A stretch of 64,000 nt of DNA from Bilabrum cf. latius (taxonomy: Eukaryota): NCBI GenBank assembly GCA_965178125.1, contig OZ237744.1, positions 248,001 through 312,000 of the forward strand. Reading direction: 5' to 3'. Shown piece after piece: positions 51,916-64,000 of this stretch (position 1 is the first letter of the stretch; every line of letters starts with the position of its first letter). Below the pieces are notes generated by a model. That model worked only from the letters and a program-made list of their open reading frames with translations. It searched no databases and was not told where the DNA came from. The position numbers and the translations under genes were made by a program.

Positions 51916-54542
51916 TCACTCGTTCGCCTTGCCACGCATGCCGAGCACCAGGAAGAAGTACGCAAACACGCGGAAGCCCACCACCATGCCGGCCAGCACG
52001 GCCAGGTCGCGGACCAGATTGGACGGGGGCAGGTTCAGGTAGTCGAGCACTTCGTCGCCGTCCGAAAAGAGGCATCGCTCGTCCGTCTCGCACGGAATGT
52101 CCACGCCGTCCCAGGTCACGATGGCCAACGCCGAGAACCCGTACTTGAAGAAACTGAAGTACTCCCTGCAGTTAGTGAATAAACAAGATGATAGGGGGCT
52201 AGGCTACAAATGGAAGGAGGGTATGTAAGTGACCCGCACAGCACACACCAGAGCACAAGTACAGCGCAGGAAACGACACCAGGGTGCAGAGGCAGGTTTC
52301 TCACAGCCAGATGAAGTACACTGGGATGGACTCGGTGTTGATAAAGAAGCCGGAGAAGAGGAACAGCGGCAGAATGGTCACGGGGCCCAGCGCCAGCGCG
52401 ATCTCAACGGATGGAGCAAGCGCGCTGATCATGTACCCGAGGGAGAAGGCGGTGTTGGAGGCCAGCAGCACGATGCCAGTGAACGCCAGAAATGTGCCGA
52501 AATCGTCGCGGATGCCCATCATCCAGTAAGCGATACTGCAGAAAATGATCGGGAAGATGAACTGGAAGCTGACCTCGGAAACAGACCGAGATAGGTACCA
52601 TGTGTCGCTCCTGTACGAGCCCGCTTCCAGCTCGCGCCGCAGGACGGGCTTCTCGAGCGGGAAGCTCTGCAGCACGCCGAAGACCGAGCTCATGGACTGG
52701 TTGATCAGGATGAAGAAGATCGCGCCGTTGCGGTCCTGCACGCCCTGCTGGTTGTTGCTGAGCCGCAGGAAGATGAGGCCTGCGGGTGCATAGTATAGAC
52801 AGCGGGAGCACATAATCGGAAAGGGGTTGAGCTGGCGGAACGAGAGCGAACGGACTAATCGATCAAACAAAAAGGCTGTACCATTCGCAAGCATGCGCAA
52901 TTGTCGGCCGGACAACTCACCCGCGATGAGAGCGATCACCAGGGTCTGCCCCAGTCTTGCATAGGTCAGCAGGGGGTCTCGGGAAGACGCTGCGAACGCG
53001 CGCCTCTGAAGCAAGCAGCACTGCTTGCACCAAGGGGCTTGGATGTGTTCCCTGGCATCGAGCGGGCCGAGGTCCTGTGCCTTGGAGACGGCCGGCCCTT
53101 CCTCCTCCTGGGGTGCAGAGGCGGGGAGTGCGGCCTGGGGGACAGGGGCCGCACTAGCAGAGCCTGATGCGCCAGAGGACTCGGCCATTTCAACTTGTCC
53201 GTAGGTGGGGATGCTCCTCGCCATCATGCGCTTGTGCACGTCCGATTGCCTGAACCTGTCGGCCAGGTCCTTCGCCTTGAACTTGGTGTGCTCCAGTGCA
53301 AGCAGCCACCAGTCCGCCGGGTTGAAGTGGTCGGGGCACGCGAGGGAGGGGTCGATGGACGCGAAATAAGAGATGGCCTCCTCTCTCGGGCCATAGTACA
53401 CGATGTGTCCCCCAGCCTCCTACTCGGTCGGCCTGGTGCCGTCCTCCTTAGGGGGGTCCTTGTGAATGAGGCAGAGGTAGTTGAACTCATTGTAGATCTG
53501 AGAGCTTGGCTGGTGGATGGTCGCAAGGACCGTGCGGCCTTGCTGGGCGATCTGCTTGAGCATCATGACGATGTTTAAGGCCTTGGCGCTGTCCAGCCCG
53601 CTCGTGGGCTCGTCAGCGAAGAACAGCGGAGGGTCCGTTATGATCTCCGAGGCGAAGGCAAGCCTCTTTCGCTCTCCCCCCGAGATGCCCCTCTGCAGGC
53701 CCCTCCCGACGTTACCGATCACGTTGTTCCTCACGTCCCACAGGCCCATGGCCTTGAGCAGCTGCTCGACACGTGTCGCGACCTGCTCCTCCGAGAGCTC
53801 CTGGTCCAGGCGGAGCATGCCGGTGAAAAAGAGGTGCTCGTAGCACGTGAGATTTCCGAGGAAGAGATCGTCTTGCATGACGTAGGCGCTATTCTGCGCA
53901 AAGATCTCCGAGTCGACCGGACGACCGTTCACCTGGATGCTGCCCTCCGCCTTCGTGTTGCGCTGCGCAAGCACGTTGAGAAAGGTTGTCTTGCCTGCTC
54001 CAGACGACCCCATGATGGCAATCATGTCTCCGGGGTTCTGCGAAACAAACAGTACACAGGCAAATTACATTTCGCGCGTCAGCTTAGCTCGCGGCTCGAG
54101 CACGTCAGCGTCACAAATACGGCCTTAGGGGGCCACAAGACGAGCAAAAAAGAAAGCAATTGCCAATTAACATTATAAAAACAAGATTTGGGCGCAAATG
54201 TACCGATCACAGCCAGTATCAGGATGGCAATCGCCACGAATTACACATTCAAGCACTCACTGCCCTGCCTGAAAGGTTGTTCAGGATTGCTCGCTTTTCG
54301 GTGGGCTTTTGTGCGCAGACACCAGGAGCCTCAGATCCATCGATCTCAACGTCTGCCTTGACCCAAAGATTGTCCCATTCAATGCAGACCGGCTTGCACG
54401 GCTTCAGGGTTTGCTCCAGCAGTACCCTTCCGCGACTTTGCTGCGCCAAAGAGTCGGCACTGGACTTCTTCCCAGCGTACATAGTATTCTTCTGCATTTC
54501 AATATCACCAATGCCCTTCTCTTCATTTCCAGGAGCCGACAT
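51916..54542 (-). CDS. ABCG (White-like) half transporter, 4 exons
   Basis: Exons 54542-54261, 54037-52921, 52779-52305, 52165-51916. Walker A GSSGAGKTT, signature ISGGERKR, DEPTSGLDS, TIHQPSS, NPADW, then an ABC2 membrane domain. One TAG at 53420-53422. Ends TGA. Confidence 0.95.
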
Positions 54543-55013
54543 GTTCCTCTAGTAGACTATACACGCCCGTGCGGGAAATCCCAAATTCGCCGCAATCCAA
54601 GTGCTCGCAACAAAATCAGAAATTTATTGGACGGTCATGGAGGAGGAAATGGTGGGTCCCGGCAGGGGACCCTGATGTGGGACTGGACCGCGCTTTGTGC
54701 CGGGCACATGCTCCGCACCTGTATGCTTTCTCCCTGTGAAGGCATCAGGCTGAGGGCTTGTGGGGGACCACATTGATGGCGAATAAAGGGGACTCGGCGG
54801 TGTAGGCTGAGATTGGGGGGCCTTTGGCCTGAAAGGGTCGGGGGTCTTGTAGTCCTTGTTTGAGGACTCCTCTGGATTCAGGTGATCACTCGAACTCCTT
54901 CGGGGGCAACGGTGCATCTGGGTGCTTGTGGAATCTTTACCCAACAATGTATTTCTGTATTTCTGTATTTTCTGTATTGCAAATGTTCTATTCCCCTCTG
55001 ACTGTGTACCTGA

Positions 55014-58000
55014 ATGTCATCTGCACTTGGTTTACCCGTTCATCTTTTCGTACTAGTATCTGTGCAGCGGCAGATCGATGCTGCTCTCGCCTTTCTCACG
55101 AAGCGTCACATCCGGACGAGCTTGCTGCAGCTTTTCAAGATGTACACCACCCACAAAACGAGTGAATCATGCGGCCCGATGGACTTTGTGTTGCACTTCA
55201 GAAGAATTTGTGGTATAGTTCCAAAGTTCTATGGCTTGAGGCAGACTCGACTAAAGCCAGGATTTCTTGAGCAGGAGAGAGCAGCGACAGCTCCTTTCGA
55301 TTCGACGGCCCAAGACTCCCAAAGCGGAACCAAAGGTGCAAATAATACGGACCAAATGCTCGATATGTTAGAGGTAGTCATGACCCCTCATTCAGGTTCT
55401 GCTGCAAGGCTGCGTGGACGCTCCGGAAGATTCTCAAAACAGTTGCTCCATTGGTACACCAAATAGGAAATGGAATCAGCAAGCGATAAGTCGGGCGGTC
55501 ATGTTTTGCCTGCTCCATTAGAGGTACATGGTATTACTTTGTTCCAGAACTCTTCTCCTCGCGATGGTGTGGCTCCTGCTGGAGCAGCTGATGGTGCGGG
55601 GGCCGTTGCCATCGGCACTGGGGACAGCGGACGAGATCGATCCGCTGAAGGCGGTTCAGTGAATTCAAGCAGCGCTTCCAGCAGCAGATCAGTCCCCATG
55701 AATGGCCAATCGCACGGTGGTCCCGCGGCAAGCAGCCCTGCACCCGACGCAACTTCGACCTTAATCACAGGCACTGGCACCGCGAGCCTCGCTGGCAGCA
55801 GGAAGGGCCGCCGTAGTACGGGCGGCAATGGCGCCCCGAGCACCCCACCTCGAGCGCCACAGACCCATGGTGCAGCTGTGTCCCCATTCGAAGGACAGTC
55901 CCCGCAGAGGCACCCTGGCCAGTATAGGGCCCGGGTCCGGGCCTCGGAGGCACTTGCTGAAATGGTGGCCCCGCCCTCGCTCCCTGGCGCACCATTGGCA
56001 ACTGCCGAAGACCTTGATTGTAGTGCCACGGGTTCTACGGCTCCTATCAGTGTGAAAGCTCTTTCTGGTGCACTGGGAAGCCAGGGAGGAGGTTCGAAAG
56101 CACCGGATCGGGCTGCCCAGAGCAGTTCATGTTCCAGTATCACGCGTCCATATGGAGCGGGAAGCTCTCCTCCATCCAGTGCAGCGGCTCTCGTAGCCGC
56201 ATCGTCTTTGCTAGCTTCAAGTAGTGCTGCTGCCAGCAGTGCAGCCAGTGGAGCTCCAGCCCAGCCCTGCAGTTTCTCAAACGTTGAATCATACCTGAAG
56301 GGGCAGGATGGCTATTTCGACCAGATCGTGCATGTGCAGCGCTACAGCGGCAAGCCGGCCTCGTTCGGTCAGACTGCACGGCGGTTGCACCCGTAGATTG
56401 ATGCTGTGCTGCGATCGAAAGGAATTGCCAAGCTGTACAGCCACCAGGTCAGGGCGATCGATGCGGTCAATGCAGGCAAGCACGTGGTGATCAGCACGTC
56501 TACCAGCTCAGGCAAGAGCCTGGTGTTCAACGTGCCTGTGTTCGAGCAGCTGTTGTCGGAGCCTAGCGCTGTTGCTTTGTACATGTTTCCTACCAAGGCG
56601 CTCGCGCAGGACCAGCTGCGCGCATTGCACGAGCTCATCGACGGCAACACTGCGCTGAAGCAGGCCATCCGTCCAGCCACATTCGACGGTAAGTTTCGCT
56701 TGCGGTGGCCCTTATGAATACAAAGAAGCTGAAGCATTGCCTGCTTGCCCCGCATCGCCTCTGCACACGTCTTCCTACTCTGTATTCTCCAACCATCATA
56801 GGTGATACACCTCATGACGAAAGGAGCAGAATTCGGTCCCGGTGCAACTTAATACTCTGCAACCCGGATATATTGCATTGTGCTATGCTTCCGTACCATA
56901 ACACATGGTCGAAAACCCTGCAGAACCTTCGATTTGTTGTCCTCGACGAGTGCCACGTGTACAGGGGCGTATTTGGCGCACACGTCGCCATGGTGCTTCG
57001 GCGGCTGCAGCGGCTTGCAGTCAGGTACGGTTCGTGGCCCCAGTTCATCGCTTGCTCTGCGACCATTGCAAACCCCGGTCAGCTGTTCAGGCAGCTTGTT
57101 CCGCACATTAACGCTGGCTGGCACGTCGCAAAGGATATGCAGGGCTCGGTGAGGCCTGGTGCAGCAGGGACATCCACCGCTTCCAGCTCTGCAGACAAAG
57201 AAGCCGAGCTGGAAATGAAACTATAGCAGGTTCGTGCTGTACCACTAGCTGATGGTGCGATGCCATTCAGACAAATTGCTGGCGAGAACCAGGTGGATAT
57301 ACCCCGCACAACAGCCATTCTGGATACAGATGCTGGCAGCAGGGATCCCAGCGACGTATCTTCCGCTTCGAGTATCACACCGGAGCAGACCAAATTGGAT
57401 GGCATTCAAGGAATGACAAGCGTATCAAGAGGTGCGTTAGGGTCTGCTTCGCAGGTAGTGGGCCTTCCCAGCTGGGATCGTGGGGTGGAGGTTGTGACGG
57501 AGGACGGCTCGGCCAGCGGCCAGCGCAAGTTTATCGTGTGGAATCCGCCTCTGATCGAGGACATCATTGAGCGCAGGATGCAGCAAGCTGAAGCGGAAAG
57601 GCAAGATGCAGAAGAAGTGTTCGGGCTAGGGCTCGCCTCGAAACAAGACAGATTGGATAGCAAGACAAGCCAAAGCAACACCTCACGGGCAGGTGGTGCT
57701 CAAGCCGTCGGCCGGAAGCGGAACCGCAAGCAGCAGAAGAGGCAAGAAGCAATAGCAGCAGTCGAAGATGAAGAAGATTATTCCCAAAACTCGAGACGGA
57801 AAGGCAGAAAGCGCCAGGGCTTCTCCATGGGCCAAACAAGGGCTGCCATTGCGCACTCACGCAGGACCGAGGTGCTGTCGAATGCCGAGAGGATGCTCGC
57901 AAGCAGCTCTGGGATGACACCCGAAGCATCAGCCGTGGATTTTGTGATGGGTCTCATGAAGGGGGAAGCTGGTGCACGGAGTACGAAGAAATTGAGTGCA

Positions 58001-60424
58001 GAGAGCGATACGAGCCCTAGCGCCACCTCAAGCACGGCAACTGATGTCCTTGATGGAAAGGCCACAATAGAGCCGGAGAAAGTGGCTGCTGCAGCGGACA
58101 ACAGTAGCACACCACAAGCTCCTGCGAGGAAAAAGCATCGAGTAAGTGGAGGAAGTGGCACAAGAGGCATGTACCACGGATCCAAGGCTGACCGCCTGCG
58201 ACCTACTGCATCCACGAAACAGGCTCACACTGTGGCTGGTGCCCCCAATAATCCAACCCGCCTATCCTCTAGTCGATTGATTTCCAAGCAAAGTAGCCCC
58301 GATGGTCCCCTTATAACGGTCCCGGACGGCTGGTTTGATAAGTGGAAAGAGAGAAGGGAGGACCACCACCCAGCTCGGAAGTCGTCCATTGTGGAGGGTG
58401 CGAGGCTTCTGGCAGACCTGGTGAAAGGTGGCATGAAAACTTTGCTGTTCGTTCGAGTGCGCAAAGTTGCTGAACTGCTGCTGCAGTACGCGCACGAGTT
58501 CTTGGGTACCGAGCATGCCCACCTGATTCCCCAGGTGAAGTCGTACCGAGGGGGTTACATGAAGCAGGCGAGGCGCACCATAGAGAGGGCCTTGTTCTCT
58601 GGTTAGCTCCTCGGTGTGGTTGCCACCAATGCACTCGAGCTTGGCGTCGATATCGGAGCGCTTGATGCAGTGGTTCTGCTGGGGTACCCTGGCTCTGCCG
58701 CTTCCATGTGGCAACAAGCGGGTAGGGCAGGCCGTGGCGGGCGAGACAGCGTGGCGATACTCGTCACGTGGGATGCTCCGGTGGACCAGTTTTTCGTGAA
58801 GAACCCCGGAAAGATGTTTGCAAAGCCTCCCGAAGCCGCCCACATCGATGTGCAGAATCCTTCCGTGCTTCGCTCCCACGCGATATGCGCTGCGTTCGAG
58901 GCTCCACTCACCCCCTTCGACTTGAGGCTGTTTGGCGCTGCCCTTGGCCCCGTCATGACCAAGCTGCGTAGACAACAGGTTCTCGTCAGCGTCGGAACTG
59001 CTCAGCTGGGGAGCTCATCATCGAGCTCTGCGGAACCAGAGTCGGGCTTGCCTTGGGTGAGTGGATTGCTAGGTGGTGGCGCTGGTTTGGGCTCACTTGA
59101 AATCGGGGCTGCGATGGCCCCTCCGTCCCAGATGCTATCCGCCTTTGAGCCTTCACAGTCTATAGGACCAACTTCACCAAGCGCTGACAGTGCCATGTCG
59201 TGTTCGGAGCAAGACTCAAGCGCTGCTCAGTGGAGGGCGAGCAGCGAAGTTGCGGCCGCTAGCTCCAGGGGTGGCGGTGGCGGGTTCTTGCCGTCAAGCG
59301 CAGTAATCCCACGAATGTCGTCATCTTCATCTGTGTCTACTAATGACGCTTCGGTTCTGTAGCCGGTCAAAATAGTTGCCTTTCGCTCCGCACCTTGGGT
59401 AAAGTCCCCTCACCGGCACACCAGCATACGTGCCATCGATGATGTCAGCTATGACGTTGTGGACGTGGGCAATGGTGGTGTTGTGATAGACAAAGTAGAG
59501 CGGTTTAGGGCCCACTTTGAGGTGTACCAAGGTGCCATCTACATGAACCAAGGAGCAGTGTACAAGGTGCACAAGCTAGACACCAAGCAGCATCGTGCCG
59601 AGGTGCGAGTCAGCAGCGCTCAATACTACACGCAGGTGCGCGACTTTACGGATACTTACGTGGTATCTCGGTCTCGATCGTGCCTCGGAAGCAGGACTCA
59701 CTTGGGCCGGTTTGAGATTCATACAAGCATATACGGTTTCCGCAAGGTGTGGAGGCACAGCGGTGCCATCTTTGAGATGTGCGACATGACCATGCCGCCT
59801 GTGAAGTACGTCACGCATGCTCTCTGGAGCGACATCCCGCTCGAGACAAAGCGGCAGATGGACGCAACGGGTTTAGACTTTATTGCAGGCTGTCATTCTG
59901 CTTCGCATGCGGTAATAACCGTGCTGCCTCTGTTCGTGCTGTGCGACAAGCGAGATCTTGGTTGCGAATGCCCGAGCCCGTTCCAGCGTAGGGAGTAGCC
60001 GCTCCGTTTTTCCGTGTACGACAAGCAGGCAGGCGGGATCGGCATTGCTGCGGCCGCTTTCTAGCAGGCGGAGTCCATTTATCGGGCTGCGCTGCAGCTG
60101 TGCATGTCTTGTAGTTGCGAGGACGGCTGCCCCAGCTGTGTTCACGATTTGGCGTGTAGCGAGTTCAACTACGTGTCGTCTCGGCTCGGGGCCATTGCGG
60201 TGCTCGAAGCAGCACTGTGCGCTGCAAGCTCCGGGAGCGATAGAAAGATGACCGATGGTGATGGAGAAGCTGCCAGTTTAGGCGCTGCCAGTGGCTGTTC
60301 CCATGCCTCAACGAGCCACCAACGAACGCTGCCTCCTCGTGTCTCGTAGTACGGTGGCAAGCACACATTGGCGATGGTAGAAAGGCTCCAACGCAGCGAT
60401 GGGAAAGGAGGCAAGCGTGGATGA
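55014..60424 (+). CDS. HRQ1: Hrq1/YprA-like DEAH helicase with C-terminal DUF1998 Zn-binding domain, 2 exons
   Basis: [23 protein letters not shown]; intron 56689-56801 restores [55 protein letters not shown]. About 8 internal TAGs, TGA at 60422-60424. Start uncertain. Confidence 0.88.
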
Positions 60425-60499
60425 TACTTGTCGATTCTTCGGACCCACTAGGGAGGCGAGCCGGTGCGATCCTTACCGATTAGTACGCCACGTGCCACG

Positions 60500-60721
60500 T
60501 ATCGCTGGATGCCGTGAGGAGCTGCGGGCATGCGTGTGCTGTGCTGGTGCGTCCCGTGAGACTGGAAGCAGGAGTGACCTGCTTGTGCCCTGGACGGACC
60601 CGTCTCTATACTGGGAAGAGAGGCTGGGCGAGGCCGGGCTGTCCATCGGAGTGGCTGTGCTGCTGGTGGCGGGGTCGATCTGCGTGTCTGCATTTCTCGC
60701 GTGGGGCCGCACATGATGCGT
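60500..60721 (+). repeat. Inverted, diverged copy of 63511-~63730 (3' end of the membrane-protein gene)
   Basis: Both copies encode LYWEERLGEAGLSIGVAVLL(V/A)AGSICVSAFLAWGRT-TGA, on opposite strands. Confidence 0.9.
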
Positions 60722-60947
60722 GGGTGCGCGGGTCCTGAGCTGCCGGCCATCTCATGCATCCACAGTGCTCAATATGACTGCAAAGTAAATAATGATTATA
60801 GGGTGCCACACTGAGCCAGTTTGTGTGCTCGATAGCTCCCCCACCGGCGCACGATGGGCAGCTTATAGCAGGACGGGGACTCAGCTTGCACTGAATCGGA
60901 ATCAAAACATTGATGCGCGACCACGAAATCTCACTTTGCTCTCCAGC

Positions 60948-61529
60948 ATGAATCCAGCACGAAAATCCAGAGAAGGCGCTTCAAGTGGTTCACTACTTAC
61001 TGCATTTACCCATGAGATTAGGGTTCCACTGTGGGCATGTCTCGCAGTGGGTGCCATCTTGGTGGTCGTCTTTGCGTTTTCACAGTTTTCATCTTCGGCG
61101 GGATATTTTATGCCTTCCATTCGACGAGGATCCGATGAAGTCCCTACTGTATGTATTCCATCGACTGGTGGCAGTTGCTCGCTTTCAGAGGCCCCGCCAA
61201 GTCGGCAGCAGCTCGGGCACTAGACGTGGACTCTGCTGCATAAGATAGCTGCAGTATATGAAGACACACCAACAGCAGAGTAGCGGGAAATGCTCCTTGA
61301 ATTTTTTAAACTTTTCTCATGGTTGTATCCATGCGACGAGTGCGCCACCCATTTTCGAAAGCTGTTGCAAGAGCATCCTATCCGGGCTCACACCAGAAAG
61401 GACTTGATGCTATGGACTTGTGAAGCGCACAATATGGTCAACGATAGGTTGGGACATGATTAGTTTGAATGCACAATCGAAGGGCTGGAGGCGCGATGGG
61501 GAGGCTGCGGCTGCAGCGAAGAGGAATGA
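60948..61529 (+). CDS. Erv/ALR-family FAD sulfhydryl oxidase (Erv2-like), 193 aa
   Basis: Manual translation through 3 TAGs gives an N-terminal TM, LGH*TWTLLHKIAAVY, PTAE*RE, LYPCDECATHF, CEAHNMVNDRLG and a C-terminal CGC tail, then TGA at 61527-61529. Confidence 0.93.
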
Positions 61530-62003
61530 GAAATCTAGCGACCACGAAAGATCTAGCCCGAGCATCTGACAGTATAAAGGACCGACCTGATATTGGTTCG
61601 GGCATGGTACGCTAAACATGGGGAAGTGGCAAACGTCTGGTTGCAGACAGCCTGGAGGAGAAGCAGCAAGGGCTGCGCATTATGCTACCGGCAGCACGGC
61701 CACGGAGCAGTACAGACACGGAGTGAGTGGGCATAGTCGAGCTGATATAGCCACTTGATTGTAAGGAACATACGAAATATATTTATTCCTGTCTGCTGGC
61801 ACCGCCTCATGATGAGGCCCTCATCAGCCCTTCTGCGGCGCCACCATCCGCCGGAACCTCGTTTGCTCTTCGCTTGGCAGGGTTCTCAACGGCTTGCTCT
61901 GTGAATTTGATATGCACTTCTGCTAAATTGTGTCTGTCAGTTCCGAGAGGGTGTTCGTGACAGTTTCTACTGTCGCGAACTTAATTAAGACAGCACCATC
62001 GCC

Positions 62004-63401
62004 ATGAACTTGTGCGACATCTTAACAGATAGCCTATGTTCTCTCCGGCAAAGCGGCCGCGGTCTATGGTACCCATCCTCCGTTCCTATAGTAGAGCATG
62101 TTACTGAAGGCATAATTCGGAAGCATATGAGCGAGAGCATCCCGCTCTTGTGCAAAGGTTCAGCAAAGTCTTGGCCAATAGCACAGGACACGCGAGGCTT
62201 GGAGGATATCAAGAAGTGCATGGGATAGAATGAAGTTGTCGTTGATGTTACACCAAACGGCCATGGGGACGCTCCTGTGACAGTGGGGGGCAAAAAGGGG
62301 CGCACGATGTTTGTAAAACCGCACGAACTGAAACTGCCGTTTTCGGAGGCTATTGAAGTGATCTAGGCTCAATCGATGGTACGTACAAGTGACGAAACCG
62401 TTCAACTTTCTGTAGCGCGGGGGCTGGCGGATTGCTTGCCTTCTGAATGGTGGCGAAAGACTTCTTCGTCAGGACAGCCCCACGCAAGGCTATACTACAG
62501 CCGCCAGAACGACTGCCTGCGACAGGAGTGCAAGCCAATCTCATCAATCCTCTCTAGATTTCAGACATTAGCTTGGAGCAAACCGCTCGGCGAGCCCGAC
62601 GCCGTCAATTTTTGGATGGGGACACACCACTGCACGACAACCTGCCATAAAGACTACTACGACAATCTCTTTGCAGTGTTGCACGGCCGCAAACACTTTC
62701 TTCTTTTTCCTCCCACGGATGTTGCGTTCCTGTACGAGACACCGCTTCCGACTGGCAGGTACGTCCCACGAGCGGGCTCAGAGGCGGCCGCTGGAGCAGC
62801 TGGAGCTCTGCACTGGGGCGTTGAAGTCGAGAGGCAACCTCATCACGAAGAGAGACATGATGAGACTGCAGCGGGGGCCGGCGGCGATGCATGCGGCAGC
62901 AGGCAAGCCAAGGGATCGGTCGAGGATTCCAGCTTAGAGGAGTCGCCCAGCGCCGCACTGGCAGGAGGGGCAGCCAAAGCCAACGGTGGGACTGCGGCTG
63001 GAGTGACGCCCGCGTGCAGGCCAGAGGCAGAAGACGCCGAAGGCAAGCACGGCGATGACGAGACTGACGAGGACGGTCTGGCATCTGCAGTGCACACGCC
63101 CTGGATCGCTGTGAACCCCGACGCACCGGACTTCGCCAAGCACCCGCTGTCCTCGCTGGCTTCACCCGTCGCAGTTACCGTAGAGCCGGGCGACATCCTG
63201 TTCCTTCCTGCATGTTGGTATCACAGGGTCAAGCAGGAAGGCTTCTGCGTATGTGTCAATGCGTGGTACGACATGAAGTTCGGTGCGGCTCACGCCGCGC
63301 TCGAAGCTGCAAGCGGCTTGGGGAAGGTGGCGCAAAGCCTTGCGGTCGATGACTAGAAGAAGATTGCTGATGCTGTGCTTGCAATGGATGACGATGATTG
63401 A
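62004..63401 (+). CDS. JmjC/cupin_8 protein, JMJD7-like, 465 aa
   Basis: VDVTPNGHGDA, DAVNFWMG, HKDYYDNL (HxD), GRKHFLLFPP, PGDILFLPACWYHRV, VNAWYDM. TAGs at 62226, 62364 and 63354; TGA at 63399-63401. Confidence 0.88.
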
Positions 63402-63515
63402 CGAATTGCTTACGAGAAATTGCAAACGTCCTCGGATCTCCCAACACTCGGTACTTTGGTGCATAACCTCATCCGTCGGTGGATTCGTTCCCTGCGGCCC
63501 CACGCGAGAAACGCA

Positions 63516-64000
63516 TCATGTGCGGCCCCACGCGAGAAATGCAGACACGCAGATCGACCCCGCCGCCAGCAGTACAGCCACCCCGATGGACAGACCGGCC
63601 TCGCCCAGCCTCTCCTCCCAGTATAGAGACGGGTTCGTCCCGCGCACAAGCAGATCGCCCCGGCTCTAGGTCCCACTGGGGGTGGCACTCATGCAGAACG
63701 CATGCCCGCAGGTCCCCACCACGCATAGCAACGCCCACCCCACACAGACCAACACGGCCACATCCTCCCATAGCCGCTGCCACCAGGACATGGCGTTCAC
63801 GAACGAATGCAGTGCCCTGCCCCTGCGGCTCATCTCTTCTTCGCCTGTAGCCCCAAGACTCGAGCTGGACAACAAGTGCCCCATTCTGGGGTCCGTGGCA
63901 TCGGACACACCGCTCCACATGAGTGTCTATGCATCCCATTGCAGCGCCTGCAGTGCCCTTAGCACTACTGCTGTGGCAGGATACATGCCAATCGTGCTCG
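63516..64000 (-). CDS. 3' part of an unknown membrane protein (continues beyond the window)
   Basis: Frame is open from 64000 to TGA at 63516-63518 with two TAGs, and has two hydrophobic segments. Confidence 0.6.

Noticed and set aside
54624-54980. Pro-rich minus-strand ORF and TGTATTTC microrepeat between the divergent ABCG and helicase genes
   Set aside because: No ATG start or homology cue. Probably promoter or UTR sequence, but no specific element can be supported.
60500-63730. Inverted repeats as the TIRs of a DNA transposon
   Set aside because: The repeat is the coding tail of a neighbouring gene, the enclosed genes are housekeeping, and no transposase or TSD is evident.
1-64000. Cluster of pseudogenes, or sequencing errors, explaining the broken ORFs
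   Set aside because: Breaks are exclusively TAG, without frameshifts or TAA/TGA, and catalytic motifs of essential genes are intact.
1-64000. Pyrrolysine or programmed stop readthrough
   Set aside because: Up to ~24 TAGs per gene in varied contexts, aligning with Gln. No pyl genes are seen and the DNA is eukaryotic.
1-64000. tRNA (including a suppressor tRNA-CUA) or rRNA genes
   Set aside because: None was recognised by eye; tRNAscan-SE on the whole genome is needed.

Overview
Gene-dense, GC-rich eukaryotic (protist-like) nuclear DNA with short GT-AG introns. The supplied ORF track is fragmented because TAG behaves as a sense codon. Consecutive ORFs stay in one frame and are broken only by TAG (about 90-100 in-frame TAGs by manual count). 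At well-conserved positions (RtcB, DUF4062, Erv, phospholipase B-like) TAG aligns with Gln. No internal TAA or TGA was found in the frames I traced, and almost every gene ends in TGA. Read with UAG=Gln, the window holds about 18 genes: a ~2970-aa TM/cyclase-like/split kinase, RtcB, serine palmitoyltransferase LCB2, PEX19, a UAS-UBX protein, a two-granulin secreted protein, an LRR protein, MIC60, a phospholipase B-like protein, a ~4930-aa DUF4062-NACHT-like protein, two tandem C2H2 zinc-finger minisatellite genes, a double GH113-like hydrolase, an ABCG half transporter, an Hrq1-like helicase, an Erv sulfhydryl oxidase, a JMJD7-like protein and a partial membrane-protein gene. All family calls come from motif recognition by eye; no database search was run and the organism is not identified.
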